Origin: the human T2T-CHM13v2.0 reference genome, Homo sapiens
Direction: 5' to 3' (one strand)
Assembly (NCBI RefSeq): GCF_009914755.1
Contig: NC_060926.1
DNA: 64,000 nt
Positions 13,271-27,378 of this stretch are shown one piece after another. Made by a program: the position numbers and the translations under genes. The first letter of the stretch is position 1, and every line of letters starts with the position of its first letter. The notes below the pieces were generated by a model. That model was not told where the DNA came from and searched no databases. It saw only the letters and a list, made by a program, of their open reading frames with translations.

Positions 13271-13679
13271 CAAACCTAGTTTTCTATCATATCATTTAAG
13301 ACTAATAATAATATCTTTAAAATCCATATTAACTCTGTCTATAACATTCATTGAGCATGTAATAAGAGGATCTGAGGAAGGTATGTAACTCTGCCTGTTC
13401 TTTTGTAAGACAGAATCCCAGCAAGGACAGAGACATGTGGCCTGCGTCATCATTCTATGGAACTCTATGCCTGGACTTGTTGTGGAACATAAAGCTGGTA
13501 TTCGTGATCCACACAAGACACTCTAAATGTTCTGATCCTGTCACCTTTTTCTCTGTATTATATCTTTCTTGCCGAGGCAGAAACATTAAATCTGTTCTTA
13601 ATTCGATCATTTTAGCTTTAGGATCTGAGTTTCAGCTTGCTGCAGAGTGCTTCAGAAGTCTCTAATAGACACCACAATT

Positions 13680-13960
13680 TTTTCAGTCTGACTGTCCATT
13701 AGGAGTGACCACATGACTGAGTTTAAAACAAAAGGTTAATGTGAAGAAGTAAAATTCACTAGTTCAAGTAAATTCTCTTAGAAACAAAGATATTTGCTAT
13801 GGACCCTCTCTTTCCCTCTCCTGTTGTGTGGAAAGTGGAGCTGCTTGGAAAAGCTGTCTTAGATCCAGAAAAGAAAGCCACATATTGAGGTTGGCAGAGC
13901 TTCCCTCTCAGACTGGGTCCCTGGATAACCTTATGAAACATAATCTTCTTCTTCCTAAAC
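13680..13960 (+). mobile_element. Old MLT1-type MaLR LTR fragment
   Basis: gtgaccacatgactgagttt, gaaagccacatattgaggttggcagagc, ctgggtccctggata. Confidence 0.5.
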
Positions 13961-14211
13961 TGTACCATAAGACAAATTCTATTTCAGGAACGATTTGAAA
14001 CAGTCACATAGCCAATACTCTTATGAATAAACTCACCCAATGCCACATTTCTACACCCCAAGCACTACACATACATGCAACAAATATTGTAAGCTCCTAT
14101 GAAGCAGACACTATATTTTCTATTCCTGTATCATTACGAAAAGGTAGGAAAGTAAGCTAAGATTATTGTGCCCAATAGTAACATAGGAATAGTAGCTGTC
14201 AGATGATTTAA

Positions 14212-14300
14212 GGCCCAGAGTTAAGCAACCTTGGGGGATCTGTGCACATAGAGAAAAATGTGAATGATGCTTCTGGAATTGCACAACGTTGCAGACCTGA
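14212..14300. mobile_element. MER91-like palindromic DNA transposon relic
   Basis: cacatag...aatgtgaatg centre ending ggaattgcacaacgttgcagacctg. Confidence 0.4.
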
Positions 14301-14599
14301 TTGGTGTCATCTCATCAGCAAAGAAAGTACTATTTCAGGGAAAGACAGCCCTGACAGATCGTACACAGTACAGAACTCACTGTTACAGGTTGCTTTCACA
14401 TATGTAATCTAAAACGCAAATTGCAGACATTTTTGTTCCTTATTCTTAGCCCTTCATGCTAAATGAGATTATTATCCACTTCTCAAGACAGCTAAAGAAA
14501 TAGTAAAAGAACATTTAAAACAAGAACAAAAAAATAACGTTTACATTTATATACTTTAAAAAGAATTTCAATTATATTAGTTCTCAATTTTTAAAAATT

Positions 14600-14950
14600 G
14601 CATTATCCATTATTTTTGTTCAACAAAGATTCAGAAACTGGATAATACACGTCACAAAATGTGGAGGTTTTTCTGGCACCACAAAATAAATAAGGAACTC
14701 TCATTATGAAGTGGAGAGAAATATAAACATAATATAACAGGATTGAGGGTATAAAAGTTGAATTTGCAATGTGCAATGAGAGTAAAAAATGAGAAAAAGA
14801 CTTAAAATTTACTCTGATGAGGAAAGGATAGCCTTATGAACAAAATAATAATTGAGCCAGAAGGTAAATAAATTATGGAATGTCCTATCAAGGAACACGG
14901 AAAGATGAAAACTTTAGGAAGAAAGGACAAGGTTCAGAATGGCAAGATGT
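14600..14950 (-). mobile_element. L2 fragment
   Basis: Degenerate antisense L2 3' end (ttcaacaaagatt...) followed by purine-rich L2 body. Confidence 0.45.
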
Positions 14951-14962
14951 GCAAAAAATATA

Positions 14963-14993
<31 letters not shown>

Positions 14994-15010
14994 CACACAC
15001 ACAAACACAC
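14963..15010. repeat. Compound (GT)8(AT)7(AC)n microsatellite, palindromic
   Basis: Direct reading. Confidence 0.95.
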
Positions 15011-15039
15011 ATATATTTTTTTTTCAAAGAACAATACAC

Positions 15040-15285
15040 TGTTTAGTAGGACAAGTTCTCGGGAACCAAATTGTATGTGTTTTAATCATACATTTACCAC
15101 TTAATATTTGCATAATTTTGAGCAAGTTGTTTAATACTGAAGTTTCTTCATGTTTCACTTTCCTAATCTTTAAAATGGAATTAATAATATGTATTGCATA
15201 GGGTTTATGAGGACTAAATGAATAACCATATTTAAAGCATGTAGATCAGTGCCTGACCTTTTCTATAGTAAGCATTATTATTTTT
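15040..15285 (+). mobile_element. MIR SINE
   Basis: ttttgagcaagttgtttaa, tttcctaatctttaaaatgg, gaggactaaatgaataa, cagtgcctga. Confidence 0.75.
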
Positions 15286-15677
15286 ATTAAGCAATAAAAA
15301 GCCTAGGTGTTATATTGGGATCAGAGAAGGAGTGTGTTTTTAAAAATTCTGCTGGTACTAGAATGGAGAAATCTAGTTAAGAAGCTATTGAAATAGTACA
15401 GCCAATTATACATTTACCAGCAACTTGGCAAAAACATAGTTTTGAAATATAAATGAATATTTATCATTTTAATTGAGTTATTTTTATTGTCTTCCTCTTC
15501 TTCATTTTCTCCACAAACCATTACACTTACATGAGCACTACATCACCATAACATTAATTGTACATTACAGTACCATTACACTTTTACTAAGCATATAGCT
15601 ACTATGTATGTGACTTTGGGTTCCAAGGACTTTCACTAATGGACTTGTATTCAAGCTCATATTACCAGGTATGGAAG

Positions 15678-15706
15678 CGCACACACACACACACACACAC
15701 ACACAC
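15678..15706. repeat. (CA)n microsatellite
   Basis: Direct reading. Confidence 0.95.
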
Positions 15707-16139
15707 CAACAATGCACCTAACGGGAGGTGACACATATAGTTGATATTTCAATTATATCAATTTGACATTAATGTGGTCTACTTCAATAAGCTTTTTCTA
15801 AGTGTCCATGTATATAAGGCAAAATGATACATGCTGGGCTTTCAGAAATGATGGAAGCTTAGTCTCCATCAGCTATATTGTAGGTTGTGCAACCTACCTG
15901 GGCAGATAGATAAATAAGGAGAAAACCAGAATGCCAGTATGAAAATATCTTGTTATGTAGATGTAGGCAAACTGTAGGCAAGTAAGGCTTTTCACAGACT
16001 GTATCTGACTCTTAAGCATGAGGAATGCCAGTGGAATAGATCTAGGAGGGTGAGGCAAGGAGATGGAAGTGTATCCCAAGCAGACAGATATCCACTGAGA
16101 TATTAAATCTGTGCCTTATTAGTTTTTTAATTTAGAGCA

Positions 16140-17310
16140 AGTCTCTTCACCAGTTCTACTTGGACTCTTTTTATAATTCTCAGTATCTTCATCATTACTA
16201 CTTCCTCTGAATACCTTTTAAATATTTTGTTTCCTCAATAACCTTCTGTTTTCACATATCTCTTTTCTTTTGTTCCTCATCAATGCAGATACTTCCGCTC
16301 TATTGAGACACCTCTAACTGCAAATGAAACTTTGTTACCTTCAACTTTCACTGACATGTTAAAGTCAAACTGTGTCAAACTTACTCAACCTTTCTTTTCG
16401 AAATAGACCTAGCTCCCTGTATTCATTCTCTCAGCGAATGACACCACCTTCCAATCATCCACAAAAGTCAGAAATCAGAACGGTAACTTACAATTAACCC
16501 CACCTGTTCTTTATTCTTCCTCTTTGATCAGACAATCACCAAGTACGCCGGGTTATCCCCTTTTAATATCTCTCAACTTCTAACTTCCTCTTCATATTGG
16601 CTATAAATTTCTGCCTTAGGTTCACCTTTCATCTGTGCGATATAAATTTTTTTTGATTTTTTAAAAACTCTATTCCCTTCCAGTCTCAGTTTAATTTCCA
16701 CAGAACTATTAGTGACTTTTCTAAAAATATGTATTTTGTTTTTGTTAAATATGTTAGCAAAATGTAACACATTTCATTACAAAGAATGTCACTGCTTTGC
16801 TATAACCCCTTTAATGATTTCCTGTAGCTTGTAAATTAATGTGCAACTTCCTCTGCCTGGCATGCAAGAAAGTGACATTTGGCTATCCCATCTCTTTAGC
16901 CACTTCCCTCTGCACTTTGTACATGAACTGTTCTCTGAACTACTGAAGTATATTCCCTCTCCCGATGTTACACTTTCATGCCTCTTGTTTTTGCCAACAT
17001 TCTTCCTTCTTTCTGGAATGCCTTCCTCTTTTGTTTACTTTATAAATTCTCATTCTTCAGACCTTGCATTCAGTATCTCCTCTTTTAAAATATCTTCTGC
17101 TGCAACCCTGGGAGGATTATCGCATACCTTTGTGCTCTGGCAGTACTTTGCATATAGATACTTTCAATACAGAGATCATTTTTGTGACTTCCTTTTTCAG
17201 TACATCATAAGGTCCTTGATGATATGTACTATGCATTATTGTATGCTTCCTGAATATAAAATGTAGTGTCTGACACATGATTAATACTTAGTAAATTCTT
17301 CACAAATGCT
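16140..17310 (+). mobile_element. L2 LINE, 3' part
   Basis: ctcagcgaatgacaccacc, ctggaatgccttcc and 3' end gtgtctgacacatga...cttagtaaat. Confidence 0.7.
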
Positions 17311-18639
17311 TAGAGCTTTAATAAAACATGAAATTCTTTTCTTTCATATATTTTGTCTTAAGTTGTTAGTGTTGAGGGAAGAAATAAGATGTGATACTCC
17401 CTCTTATGCAAATTATAGTCTTCTTGGGAAAACACATGTAATTTATTTTAGGTAGAAATATCTTGAGAAAAAAACTAAGTGGGTCCTAGAAGATATCTTA
17501 TATGCCATATGGTAGCTTATACCAATCAATGTCTAGCAAGAGACATATTCTTTCTTTTGTGGCACATAGAATCTCTGTTCATTAATCACTCACACTGTCT
17601 TCAGATATCTGATAGCCTATTACGTAAAAGAGCAAGGTGGATTTGTTCTATAGAGCATCAAGTGATGTTCAGAACCAGTGTTGAAAATGGCTAATCCAAA
17701 CAGTTTTAAAATCTCACCTGAATACATTTGAACTAGTTTCCTTTAGAAAACAGTAAAGTGTTCAAGCAGGGTCTGAGTGAGTAACTACTTGGCAGAGATG
17801 TGGTAGAAGGGACACATCAGATGGGTCACTGGACAGTATTGCCATTCTATACAATCACAAAAAAATCTGAGATAAAAGGCACCTTAAAAGATATCAAATG
17901 AATTTTTCAAAAGGAAAACACATCTTTACAATGACTAAGTGGCAACGTGCTCCTGGATGTGACTGCTACTCATGATGGTGCCCATTGAAGCATCAAAGCA
18001 CTTCTTTTTTTTTTGTCACTGCTACCCATAAATTTGAAAATCTTGTCTAGGCTACTGATATGCAATCATTTTAGGTGATTTTCTATCTGGTGTGAGATTT
18101 AATGTAACAGCCCTGAAGAATACAATATAATCTTATTATGATAAACACATATATTTGTTGTTCTAAAATGACACCATTGGAATTCAATTACACACCAATC
18201 GCAGGTGTCTTTATGTTAGATTAGCTCAATTTATTTTGGTCATTTTGGCATCTTGGGTTTGCACCATTAACTGTTGTCTAAAACATGAAAAATCTAATGT
18301 CATGATGGCTAAGGATAAGCTGAGACCCCCATAAGAAACCTTTATTTCCCATCATTTATTATGTTCATTCTCCTATTTAATGAAGCTAGCTTTTATGTAA
18401 TATTGGATCAAGTGTGAGAAAATGTATTACTGCCTGACTAGAGTAGCTCAGGCTTTTTACACAGCATAAGTGCACTAAAATCCAAGCTTCAAACTAGGAT
18501 TCTTTCTCTGTTGGGTAAACTTTAATTATTGATCCTATTTAGGGTTCACCTTTTTGGTGAGACCTTGTATCTCCCATCTGCTCTCAAAATGAATCACTCT
18601 TCTTCTGTGTGATTCCCAGGGCACTATTACGTTTTTTTT

Positions 18640-20360
18640 TTAAATGTCATAATCATTATTTTTAGCAGTTTTGGGTTGATAGCATAATTGAGTGGAAAGT
18701 ACAGACAGTCCACATCCATAGACAGCCTCCTCAGCTATCCACATCCCACATCACAGTAATGCAACTTGTTATAATCAAACCTTCATTGACACATAAGAGT
18801 CCCCGAAAGTCCATAGTTTATATTAGGATTCTCTCATGGTGTTATGTATAATGCTATGCATTCACACTTGTATTATCATACCCAATAGTCCCACTGCCCT
18901 AAAAATTTTCTGTGTTCTGCCTGTTCATCTTTCCTTTCTCCCTAATCCATGACAATTATTTTTGTTTTTACTCTCTTCATTTTTGCCTCTTACAGAATGC
19001 CATATAGTTGGAATATTGCTGCCTTTTCAGTTTGGCTTCTTTCACTTAGTGATGAACCTTTAAGTTCCTTCCATGTCTTGATAGCTCATTTCTTCTTAGG
19101 GCGGAGTGATATTCCATTGGCTAGACGCATCCCTGTTCATTTATCCATTCACCCACTAACGGACATATTGCTTCCAAGTTTTGAAAATTATGAATAGAGT
19201 TGCTATAAACTTACCTGTACAGGTTTTTGTGTGGATATAAGATTTTGATTCATTTAGGTCAATACCTAGGAGCATAATTCCTGGATTCGATGTAAGAGTA
19301 TTTTTAGTTTTGTAAGAAACTGCCAAACTGTCTTCCAAAGTTGCTGTACCATTTTGCATTTTCACCTGCAATGGATAAGAGTTCCTGTTGCTCCATATCC
19401 TCTCCAGAATGTGGGGTTGTCAGTGTTTGGGATTTTGGCTATTTCAATAGGTGTGTAGTGCTATCTCATCCTTGTTTTAATTTGCATTTCCCTGATAGTA
19501 TCTGATGTTTAACATCCTTTTACATGCTTACTTGACGTCTGAATACCTTTTTTGGTGAGGTATCTATTCTATCTATTCAGGTCTTTTGCCCAATTTTATA
19601 GTGTTCTTTTATTTTTTATTGTTCCTTATATATTTTGCATAATGGCCCTTTCTCAAAGGTATTCATCACAAATATTTCCTCCCAATCTCTGGCTTGTCTT
19701 CTCTCAATCTCATGAAATTGTATTTCACAGAGCAAAGTTTTGTTTTAATGAAGTCAAGCTTATTAATGATTTATTTTTGGTGTTGTATTTTAAAAAGTCA
19801 CTTCTATACCCAAGATCATCTAGATTTTTTCTATGTTATCTTCTAAGATTTTACAGTTTTTTGTTGTACATTTAATAGGTATTATTCATTTTGAGTTTAT
19901 TCTTTTGAATGGTGTCAGGTTTATGCCTAAAGTTATTTGCAGGTAGTTTTCTAGTTGTTACAATGCAAAGACTACCTTAACACACTTGTATTACCTTTGC
20001 TCCTTAAAAAAAGTATATATTTAAAAATATATATAAGCAAATATATATATATAATTATATATAATAATATATAAAATTTGTTTTGAGGCAGAGTATCGCT
20101 CTGTCTCCCAGGCTGGATATAATATATAATTTTAAATCTATAATTATATATTTATATACATTTAAAAGTTTATATATAACAAAGTATATTCCTACTTATT
20201 TATGTGTGTATCTGTATTTCTGGAGTCCTTATTCTGTTCCATTGGTCTGTGTGTCTGTTCTTTCACTAATCCTGCAGTTTCGTAATTACTGTAGCTTTAT
20301 AGTAAGTCTGAACTCAGTTATTGTCAATATTCTGACTTTGTTCTTCTCCTTCGATTTTCT
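18640..20360 (-). mobile_element. L1MC1/2-like LINE, 3' part
   Basis: agcagttttgggttgatagcataattgagtggaaagtacaga and aagaaactgccaaactgtcttccaaagt. Confidence 0.85.
20077..20116 (-). mobile_element. Very short Alu 3'-end fragment within an AT-rich tract
   Basis: tttgttttgaggcagagtatcgctctgtctcccaggctgg. Confidence 0.7.
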
Positions 20361-20764
20361 TATTTTTAAACTATTATTTATACTTTATCTTGTATTAGAC
20401 TTTTTTCTAATGCAAAACAATCTTTAAAAAGTAGTGTTAATATATGTGATACTGTGTGAAGATTTAGAAACCCTGTCTGGTATAATCAAATTGAATTGGG
20501 AAGTCATTATAGGGAAAAGCCAGGATATAATCATTTTAAATATTTGCCAAATTCCCGGCATAGCATCGTAAACATTTTAGAGATGCTCAGTTGAAATTTC
20601 TGACAATGTGATACGATCTTTGTAGACATACAAGCTTTTATCTTCTTGCCTTCTGCTTCTCTTTTCATTTCTCTCCTTTCCTTTTGCTCTTCCCCACCTC
20701 CCCGCCCCCCCCGCTTTTATTTAACTCCATCTTTCTTTCTTTTTTTTTTTAATCATTTAGTAGA

Positions 20765-21126
20765 TGTTCTGCTGTGCTACCATGATCTGTCTTCAAGACT
20801 TATTGGCTGGTTCTGCCAGCGGCTGGGAGTGCTGCAGATCCTGTCCTCTTACAGGAGGCAGGGTCATTTGACAACTTGTTGGTGTGACAATATAAATACC
20901 TCACTCTCTCACCTCAACTTGAGAAAGTTCTGAAGGATGCTCTCATCCACGGAGCCCCAGGTGTGTCCTGGGGATTATAGTGGTTGCATCACTGTCCCAC
21001 ATTTTCCTCTACCCAACCCTGTTGTCTTCATTTCCTTACAAGTAGTGATTTCAAAGCCTGCCCTAATACACTTCCTCCACCCAATCTATCTCACAGTCTA
21101 CTTTTTGGAGTATCAGATTTGCAACA
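20765..21126 (+). mobile_element. LTR16-family (ERVL) 5' LTR
   Basis: 3' end ccctaataca...aatctatctcacagtctactt...atttgcaaca matches the LTR16 end; followed by ERVL internal sequence. Confidence 0.65.
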
Positions 21127-22250
21127 GTCAGTGGCAGGATTTCTCTGACAAGGTAGAATCTAGAATGTGATTGGAGACAGATCAGTTGCCCATTGAAAGC
21201 CAACAAGTAAGGGAATCACTGATAGAATGACCCTGGCTTACTGTCACAGTGAAATCATCACAAATTTCACTATGGTGAAATAGGATGACATAAAGGAGAG
21301 AATACATATATTTGTGGTGTAGTTTATCATTCTTTAGGAAAATATTGGAGTAGTGATAATTATAAGGACAATTAAATTAAATTACTGGTGGTGGAGGCAG
21401 ATGATGTCTTGGAGAAAGGAAACAAAAGGCTAAGAGGGATGACTGATAATTAATAAAAAGCTAGGTTTTAAAGCTAGACCACCCTCTTGACAACAGCTTT
21501 TTCAGGCAGAGGACAGAAAAAGCTAAAGATTAGGTGCATAATTTAGTCAGAGTAAGAAAGCAAAAGGCAGTATTGAATCCTCAATCTAGAATTGTCTGAC
21601 ATGCCATGTTCAGCATTTTTGGTGAAAGAAGAATGGGACCCAGAGCTACGTAATGGCAGATTCTGGATTGTTCCACTAAAAAGTCTTGAAATCTCAGATT
21701 CTCTTGAATCTTCCAAAATTTCAGAGGAGACTAACTTTCCCTGTCAAGGACAACTGTCCCCCTTTTGCATGAAGATGATGGAGAAGTCTCCACTCTCAAA
21801 GCAATGCATGTCTCTCTTAGAATTCAAACCCTCTTCCTCTCCTGACCAGCAGGCCAAAAACTAGGGTGATTCAAGTCACAGTTCAACTAGCTGGGGAAGT
21901 GTTGGTTCTAGAAACAGAAGAAAGGGTTCATATCCCCAGGAAATTGCAGGATCTAGCCAACTGTAGTGGCAAGAGCCAGCAGAGTATTTATGGGAAAGAT
22001 TCTGATAGTGTCAGTTGAAGGGGAACAAAAGTTGGATAAGGGAGGCATTATTCATACGGGGGCATTCTCCCAGGACTCAGTGTTCAGCACCATGGCTAGG
22101 TCCCAGGGAGGCTGCCCTAATGTTCTGCTGAAATGACTCTTGGAAACTTGGGGAACTCACGGTGAAAACTAAATAATGTAGAAATGGCAAAACCAGCGAA
22201 GCTGATTATGAAAGAAAAGATTAAATGTTTTCCACCCATACAGGATTAAA
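21127..22250 (+). mobile_element. ERVL internal remnant (HERV16/ERV3-16A3-like): leader and decayed gag
   Basis: Peptide KEEWDPELRNGRFWI (ORF 21592-21864) and gaaattgcaggatctagccaac / ggggcattctcccaggactcag resemble ERVL gag motifs; many stops. Confidence 0.7.
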
Positions 22251-22269
22251 TGCAGTGGGAATTGTACCT

Positions 22270-22770
22270 AGTGGCAAAATCTATGAAAGGACCTTTTTTT
22301 GACATGGAACAATCAGGAGCAAATAACTGTGTTCCTAGAAAGGAAAGAAACAAATGGAGTGGCCCTATGATTGTACCAGCTTACTGACTGTAAACAGTTT
22401 CCAGGCTGTAGTATGGAAGGCAAACCCAAAAATATTCCAGTAGTCTTTCTGAGTTAAAGAGACAGAGATCTGAAATAGGAGAGGCTGAGGGAGCAAGATT
22501 TGTGGGGCAGAGTACTGAAGAAAAGGGAACTGCATGGTGATAAAGCTCTGATATCTGCAAAGAAACCTCTGAATCTTAGGACCCTATCTGCACACAGGAA
22601 ATAAACTCAGTAAAGACTGAGCCAAACAACTTCAGAACACATAGGATGGGCAGGGGATATAAAAGTATATCTATGTAGGTCTTACACTGCTTGTCTGCCA
22701 GAATAACATGATCAGAATGAGGATTATGATAAGTTGAAGCTGCATATTATAAATCCTAGAACAGTCCCTA
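22270..22770 (+). mobile_element. Old L1M 5' UTR (L1MC-type) fragments
   Basis: ccctatgattgtaccagcttactgactg, ggggcagagtactgaaga, gctctgatatctgca. Confidence 0.55.
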
Positions 22771-23359
22771 TTCATTCACTGTGAAGATTCTGGCCTCCCA
22801 CATCTTTATTATTTTCTGCTTACTTCATCGCCCTAACTGCTGGCACACTTCAGAGCTTTATGCAGACATTAAAAAACAAGGTAGGCGTTAAGGTCATTCT
22901 GCCATGTTTATGCTTGAGTGGAGGTGGTGCAACTCCCTGCTTTCTCAGCAAAAGCTTCTTCCTCTGGCAGGACCATAATTTTTCATTGCCTTTAAATTTC
23001 TTAACAATAGTTAATCTACTGAAGTATTACCTTAGCAAGACGTGGAAAGCTATTTCTCTTTCAAAAGTACATTTTATTGCTCAAATGTATCCAGTATATT
23101 TTACAGTAGACAATCAATAGACTTGAATGTTATTTCCTTTCTTTTAAGCAATAACAGCCTGTTAACATTAAAGCCTTTTATTTTCTTGGAATTTATTTGA
23201 AATTGATCTATCGCATCTACTGAAAAAATTAAACATTAAATTTCATCAGAAATTTCATTGACTATGTTATTCATAATTATTTTAAACCACTTTTATCTTA
23301 ATACAACAACCTTTTAAAAATCATGTTTATGTTTTTCCACTTTTGCAAAGGTAGCACTT

Positions 23360-23590
23360 ATTATGGCATAGGATTTAAGAGCACAAATTCGACAGTCAGA
23401 TTTCCTAGTTCACATCTTCACTCTATCACTTACCTGTTATTCTAAATAACTGTGCCTAGTGTTTCTCATCCAAACAAATAAATAAAAAATTGTATCTAAC
23501 TTAAAAAGTCATTTGAAGATTACACTTTGTAATACACACAAAGGGCTTAGAATTTGCATACATATTTTAAAACAATAAATATTACCTCTA
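23360..23590 (+). mobile_element. MIR SINE
   Basis: ttaagagcac...agtcaga head and gtttctcatc core. Confidence 0.65.
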
Positions 23591-24039
23591 TATATCATAT
23601 CTATACAAAGTCTAGCAATCACAGATAAAGAAAAAATGCCTTTATTCTTACCACATAGAGATAATAACTGCCAATATTTGTTCCTTTAGATTGTTTTGTT
23701 GATGAATATTTCAATAATACTTATACATAAATGCAAAATTTAAATGCTTATAAATATTATTGATGGGGACACTCTTCTAGCTTAAAAATATGTAAACATT
23801 CAGCATTATTTTCTTAGAAATTAATAGAAGTAAAATTTATGAGCATGACTAAGATTTTTGGACATGTTTTAAAATACATTCAAAAGTATTATAATTCAAA
23901 GTCTCATTAAGGTGTATCCATTACTTTTAACACATTGCCAACACTTGCATTAATATTTTAAAAAGATCAAACTACGTATTTGACTCAAGGGTGTAGAAAA
24001 CTAAATTAATAATTATAATTATAATTGGAATATAGATAG

Positions 24040-24390
24040 TATACTTGAAAAATATATGGGTTAGATGTTACATTTGCTGATAATCAAAAAGTAAACTGTT
24101 GTGTAAAAAGCAGCCCTGTTCTTAGTTAATAAACTTGAAGTATTTAAGAAGTAAAGGGCTTTGATATATACAATTTACCCTCAAATGGTTCAGAAAATAC
24201 ATTTAAGTAGATGATACAAGATTAGGTGGAAAGAAGTAAAAAATTGATAGCAAATGGTAGAGCAAATGGAGTAAAATGCATTACCAATATGTGATTTTCT
24301 ATGCAGGGTGTAGGGGCATTCCTTGCATTATTTGTTGTCTTGCAAAGTCTACAAATTTCTCATTATTTCCAAATAACGAGTTAAAAAATC
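24040..24390 (+). mobile_element. L1MC4-like 3' end
   Basis: tgaagtatttaag, ctcaaatggttcagaaaa, attatttccaaataacgagttaaaaaa. Confidence 0.65.
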
Positions 24391-24949
24391 ATCATTTATA
24401 AATTACAAGGAAACGGTGAATAAAACCAGCACATATGTTATTTTTAAAAAGTACCGCAAATAAAGAACAATGTGGGTCATAACAACACAACAATAAAATG
24501 CATAAATCAACACTAGCTAACCTAAATATTTAAAAAAACTCACGCCAATAATAAAATAGAAATTAGAGTGAAAATAACTACAAATAAGTAAGTGATATAC
24601 AGAATTGAAATAAATTTTATTATCAACCTGAGAGGTCTTGTGAAAATCTCTGTGAGACGGATAATTGTCTATAAAATTTTAAATCATCCAATGTTTGAGT
24701 CAAAGAGGGAAGGAAAATTTGAATAGACTGATTTTTATTGAAGAAATTGTGCTTTTGAAGAGCTGACTTAAAGGTCCAGATATTTGAAAGTTGAATTTAT
24801 TCAAATCTTTAAGAGAGAGAGAATTTATATACATTGAATTTTATAAAGAATAAGCTATAAAAACATGTTTTAACAAAGCCATAAAACAAAGGAAATACCT
24901 AACAAACATATAGTTGTGTTAATTTACTAGGGGGTACCATTACAAAATT

Positions 24950-25731
24950 TCAGATAATGTATTTTTTATCTCTAGAATTTACATACTAATCTTTATAGTG
25001 TCCATTTTTATGTTTTTTTGATATGGAATTTCTTACTTAATCTGTTATTTTATGTCATTTTTCATCATTTCCATTCTTTGTGATTCTGTTTCTGTTTATT
25101 CAAATTTATTCTTATTATGGATCATATTTCCCTGCCTCTTTGCATGTCTTATACATTTTTATGGGATTGCAAATATTGTGAGTTTTATGTTGTTGGGTGC
25201 TGGATTTTGTTGTATTTCTTTAAAGAGTGCAAGACTTTATTCAGTTGTATGGTTAAGTGATTTGTGATTAGCTAGATCATTTTCAGATTTTCGCTTAAGA
25301 TTTGTCAGGATACCAGTCTTTCTTCTAGGAGTAATTTATTTAGGATAATCTAGAACACCCTTCTGCAAGCTTTCGAGGCTCTCCTTCTAAAGCACTCTCC
25401 TCTTCATTATTCAGCTCCACACATTCTAGCTGCTTCTGTCTCCCTGAAATCTAGTCTCTGCCTTCCCAAATTAGTAAGACTTCTGAGGTCTGAGTTCCCA
25501 TCTCTATTCTTCAGCCTAGAAACTTGCTGCAAGTGCTAAGCTGGGCAATTTCTAGAGCTAAGGCTCAGTTTATTGTTTCTCCTTTCGTAGGAATCATGTT
25601 TTTGCAGTTAGACACTGCCTATTGTGCAATGTCTGAAAAGAGTTGTTTTGCATATTTTATTTCATTTTCTAGTTATTTTTCACAAGAAGACCGTTTTTGT
25701 AGCTGTTAACCCTTTATGAGCAGAAGCAGAA
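24950..25731 (-). mobile_element. L1ME-type 5' region fragment
   Basis: tcatatttccctgcctctttgcatgtc, ttgttgggtgctggattttgttg and terminal gcagaagcagaag. Confidence 0.6.
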
Positions 25732-25739
25732 GACGTTCT

Positions 25740-26743
25740 ACTTTTAAATGTTGGAGTGTTTCAAGCTATGTACTTAGTCTTGTCTTTTCTTTTTTAATTT
25801 ATTTTTTATACTCTTTTCCCTAAATGATCTTAGTTAGCCCATTCACTTTCACTATTACTTATATACTGATGCCTGGAGTGTATATTTTAAGAGCTCAGAC
25901 TTTGCTCTCTGTTCCACTATATTCAACTGCCTACTTTACATCTCATTTAATAGCGCTCTCAGCATTATCATGACTGAAACAGAGCTATTGATTCCTTGGC
26001 CTGCAATAAATGAAACCAACATTCACACAGTGAGTTCCTAAGTTCCATTCTTGATTTCTCACTTTTTTCAACCAGCACATTCAGTCCATCAATAAATACT
26101 GAAGTCTCTGTCTCTAAAATATATGTTCTCTTTTTTTTTAACCATTTATCGCAATCTTTATTGCTACAGCCTTATTTAAGTCAACAAAATTAATCTGATA
26201 ATGTCACTCCTCTCCTTAAAACTCTCTTTTAAAATACAATAAAATAAAATCCTTTTACCATGGTCCATAAAGCTTTCTGTGATCATCTAATTCTGTTCTT
26301 TTATTCTTCCCACTGACTATGATCAAGCCCCATTGGCTCCGTTTTATTTCTTGAACACATAAGCTTGCTTTCATCTCAGGGACTTCGTAATCACTCTTCC
26401 TCTCCTTCAAAACTCTTTTAGATTTTGGCATGGCAACATTTATAGAACAATTTATATAGGGGAAAATTTATACATATATCTTCCCTTTGTAGATGTACAA
26501 ACAAACCATACTTCCCACTTTCTATAACATCCTCACTTTTACTGCCTATATATTTATCAAATTTATCAATACTTTCTTTTGTATTCATTTGTTATTTATT
26601 TTCTCTTTTCTCTAACTGGGATAAAAATTTCTCAAGTGTTGAGCGTTGATTTATTTTATTAATCAACACATTATCAGTCTTAGAAAAGTGCCTGGTACAT
26701 AGCAGAAACTAACATACCTATTAAATATATGAATACATAAATA
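25740..26743 (+). mobile_element. L2a LINE, 3' part
   Basis: tattcaactgcctact, atgtcactcctct, ctcagggacttcg and 3' end gtgcctggtacatagcag. Confidence 0.75.
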
Positions 26744-26810
26744 ATAACATGTTATTGTGAATATACTATTTATGTATGCATGAAGAATTTTGATATAAAA
26801 ACGTTACGGC

Positions 26811-27105
<295 letters not shown>

Positions 27106-27113
27106 TGTGTGTG

Positions 27114-27144
<31 letters not shown>

Positions 27145-27378
27145 GCAATGAAATTTGGTTTTGGTAGATATAAGAGTTGTGTCAGAAGCCTTCTGTTGAT
27201 ACATGAAAGAACTTTTTAAACAAAATGGTATTTTGTCTTTTGATTAAATAGACAATATTTAGATTAGGAAAATATTTAAACTATTTAAAATAGACTAAGA
27301 CAGATGTGTTTTAGTTAGATGTGTACAATAATATTTTATAATTTAAATATTAATTTTAAAATGTAAAGATCCATGATC

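Noticed and set aside
13370-13390. Isolated splice-like motifs (AAG|GTATGT here; acceptor-like tracts near 35690 and 63283; donor-like near 62121)
   Set aside because: No convincing paired site or coding frame; such motifs are expected by chance in 64 kb.
16841-17266. 141 aa hydrophobic ORF (similarly 43874-44302)
   Set aside because: Lies in decayed L2 sequence with compositional bias and no recognisable domain.
21127-21145. Intact tRNA-Leu primer-binding site after the LTR16-like LTR
   Set aside because: Too degenerate (gtcagtggcagga) to call.
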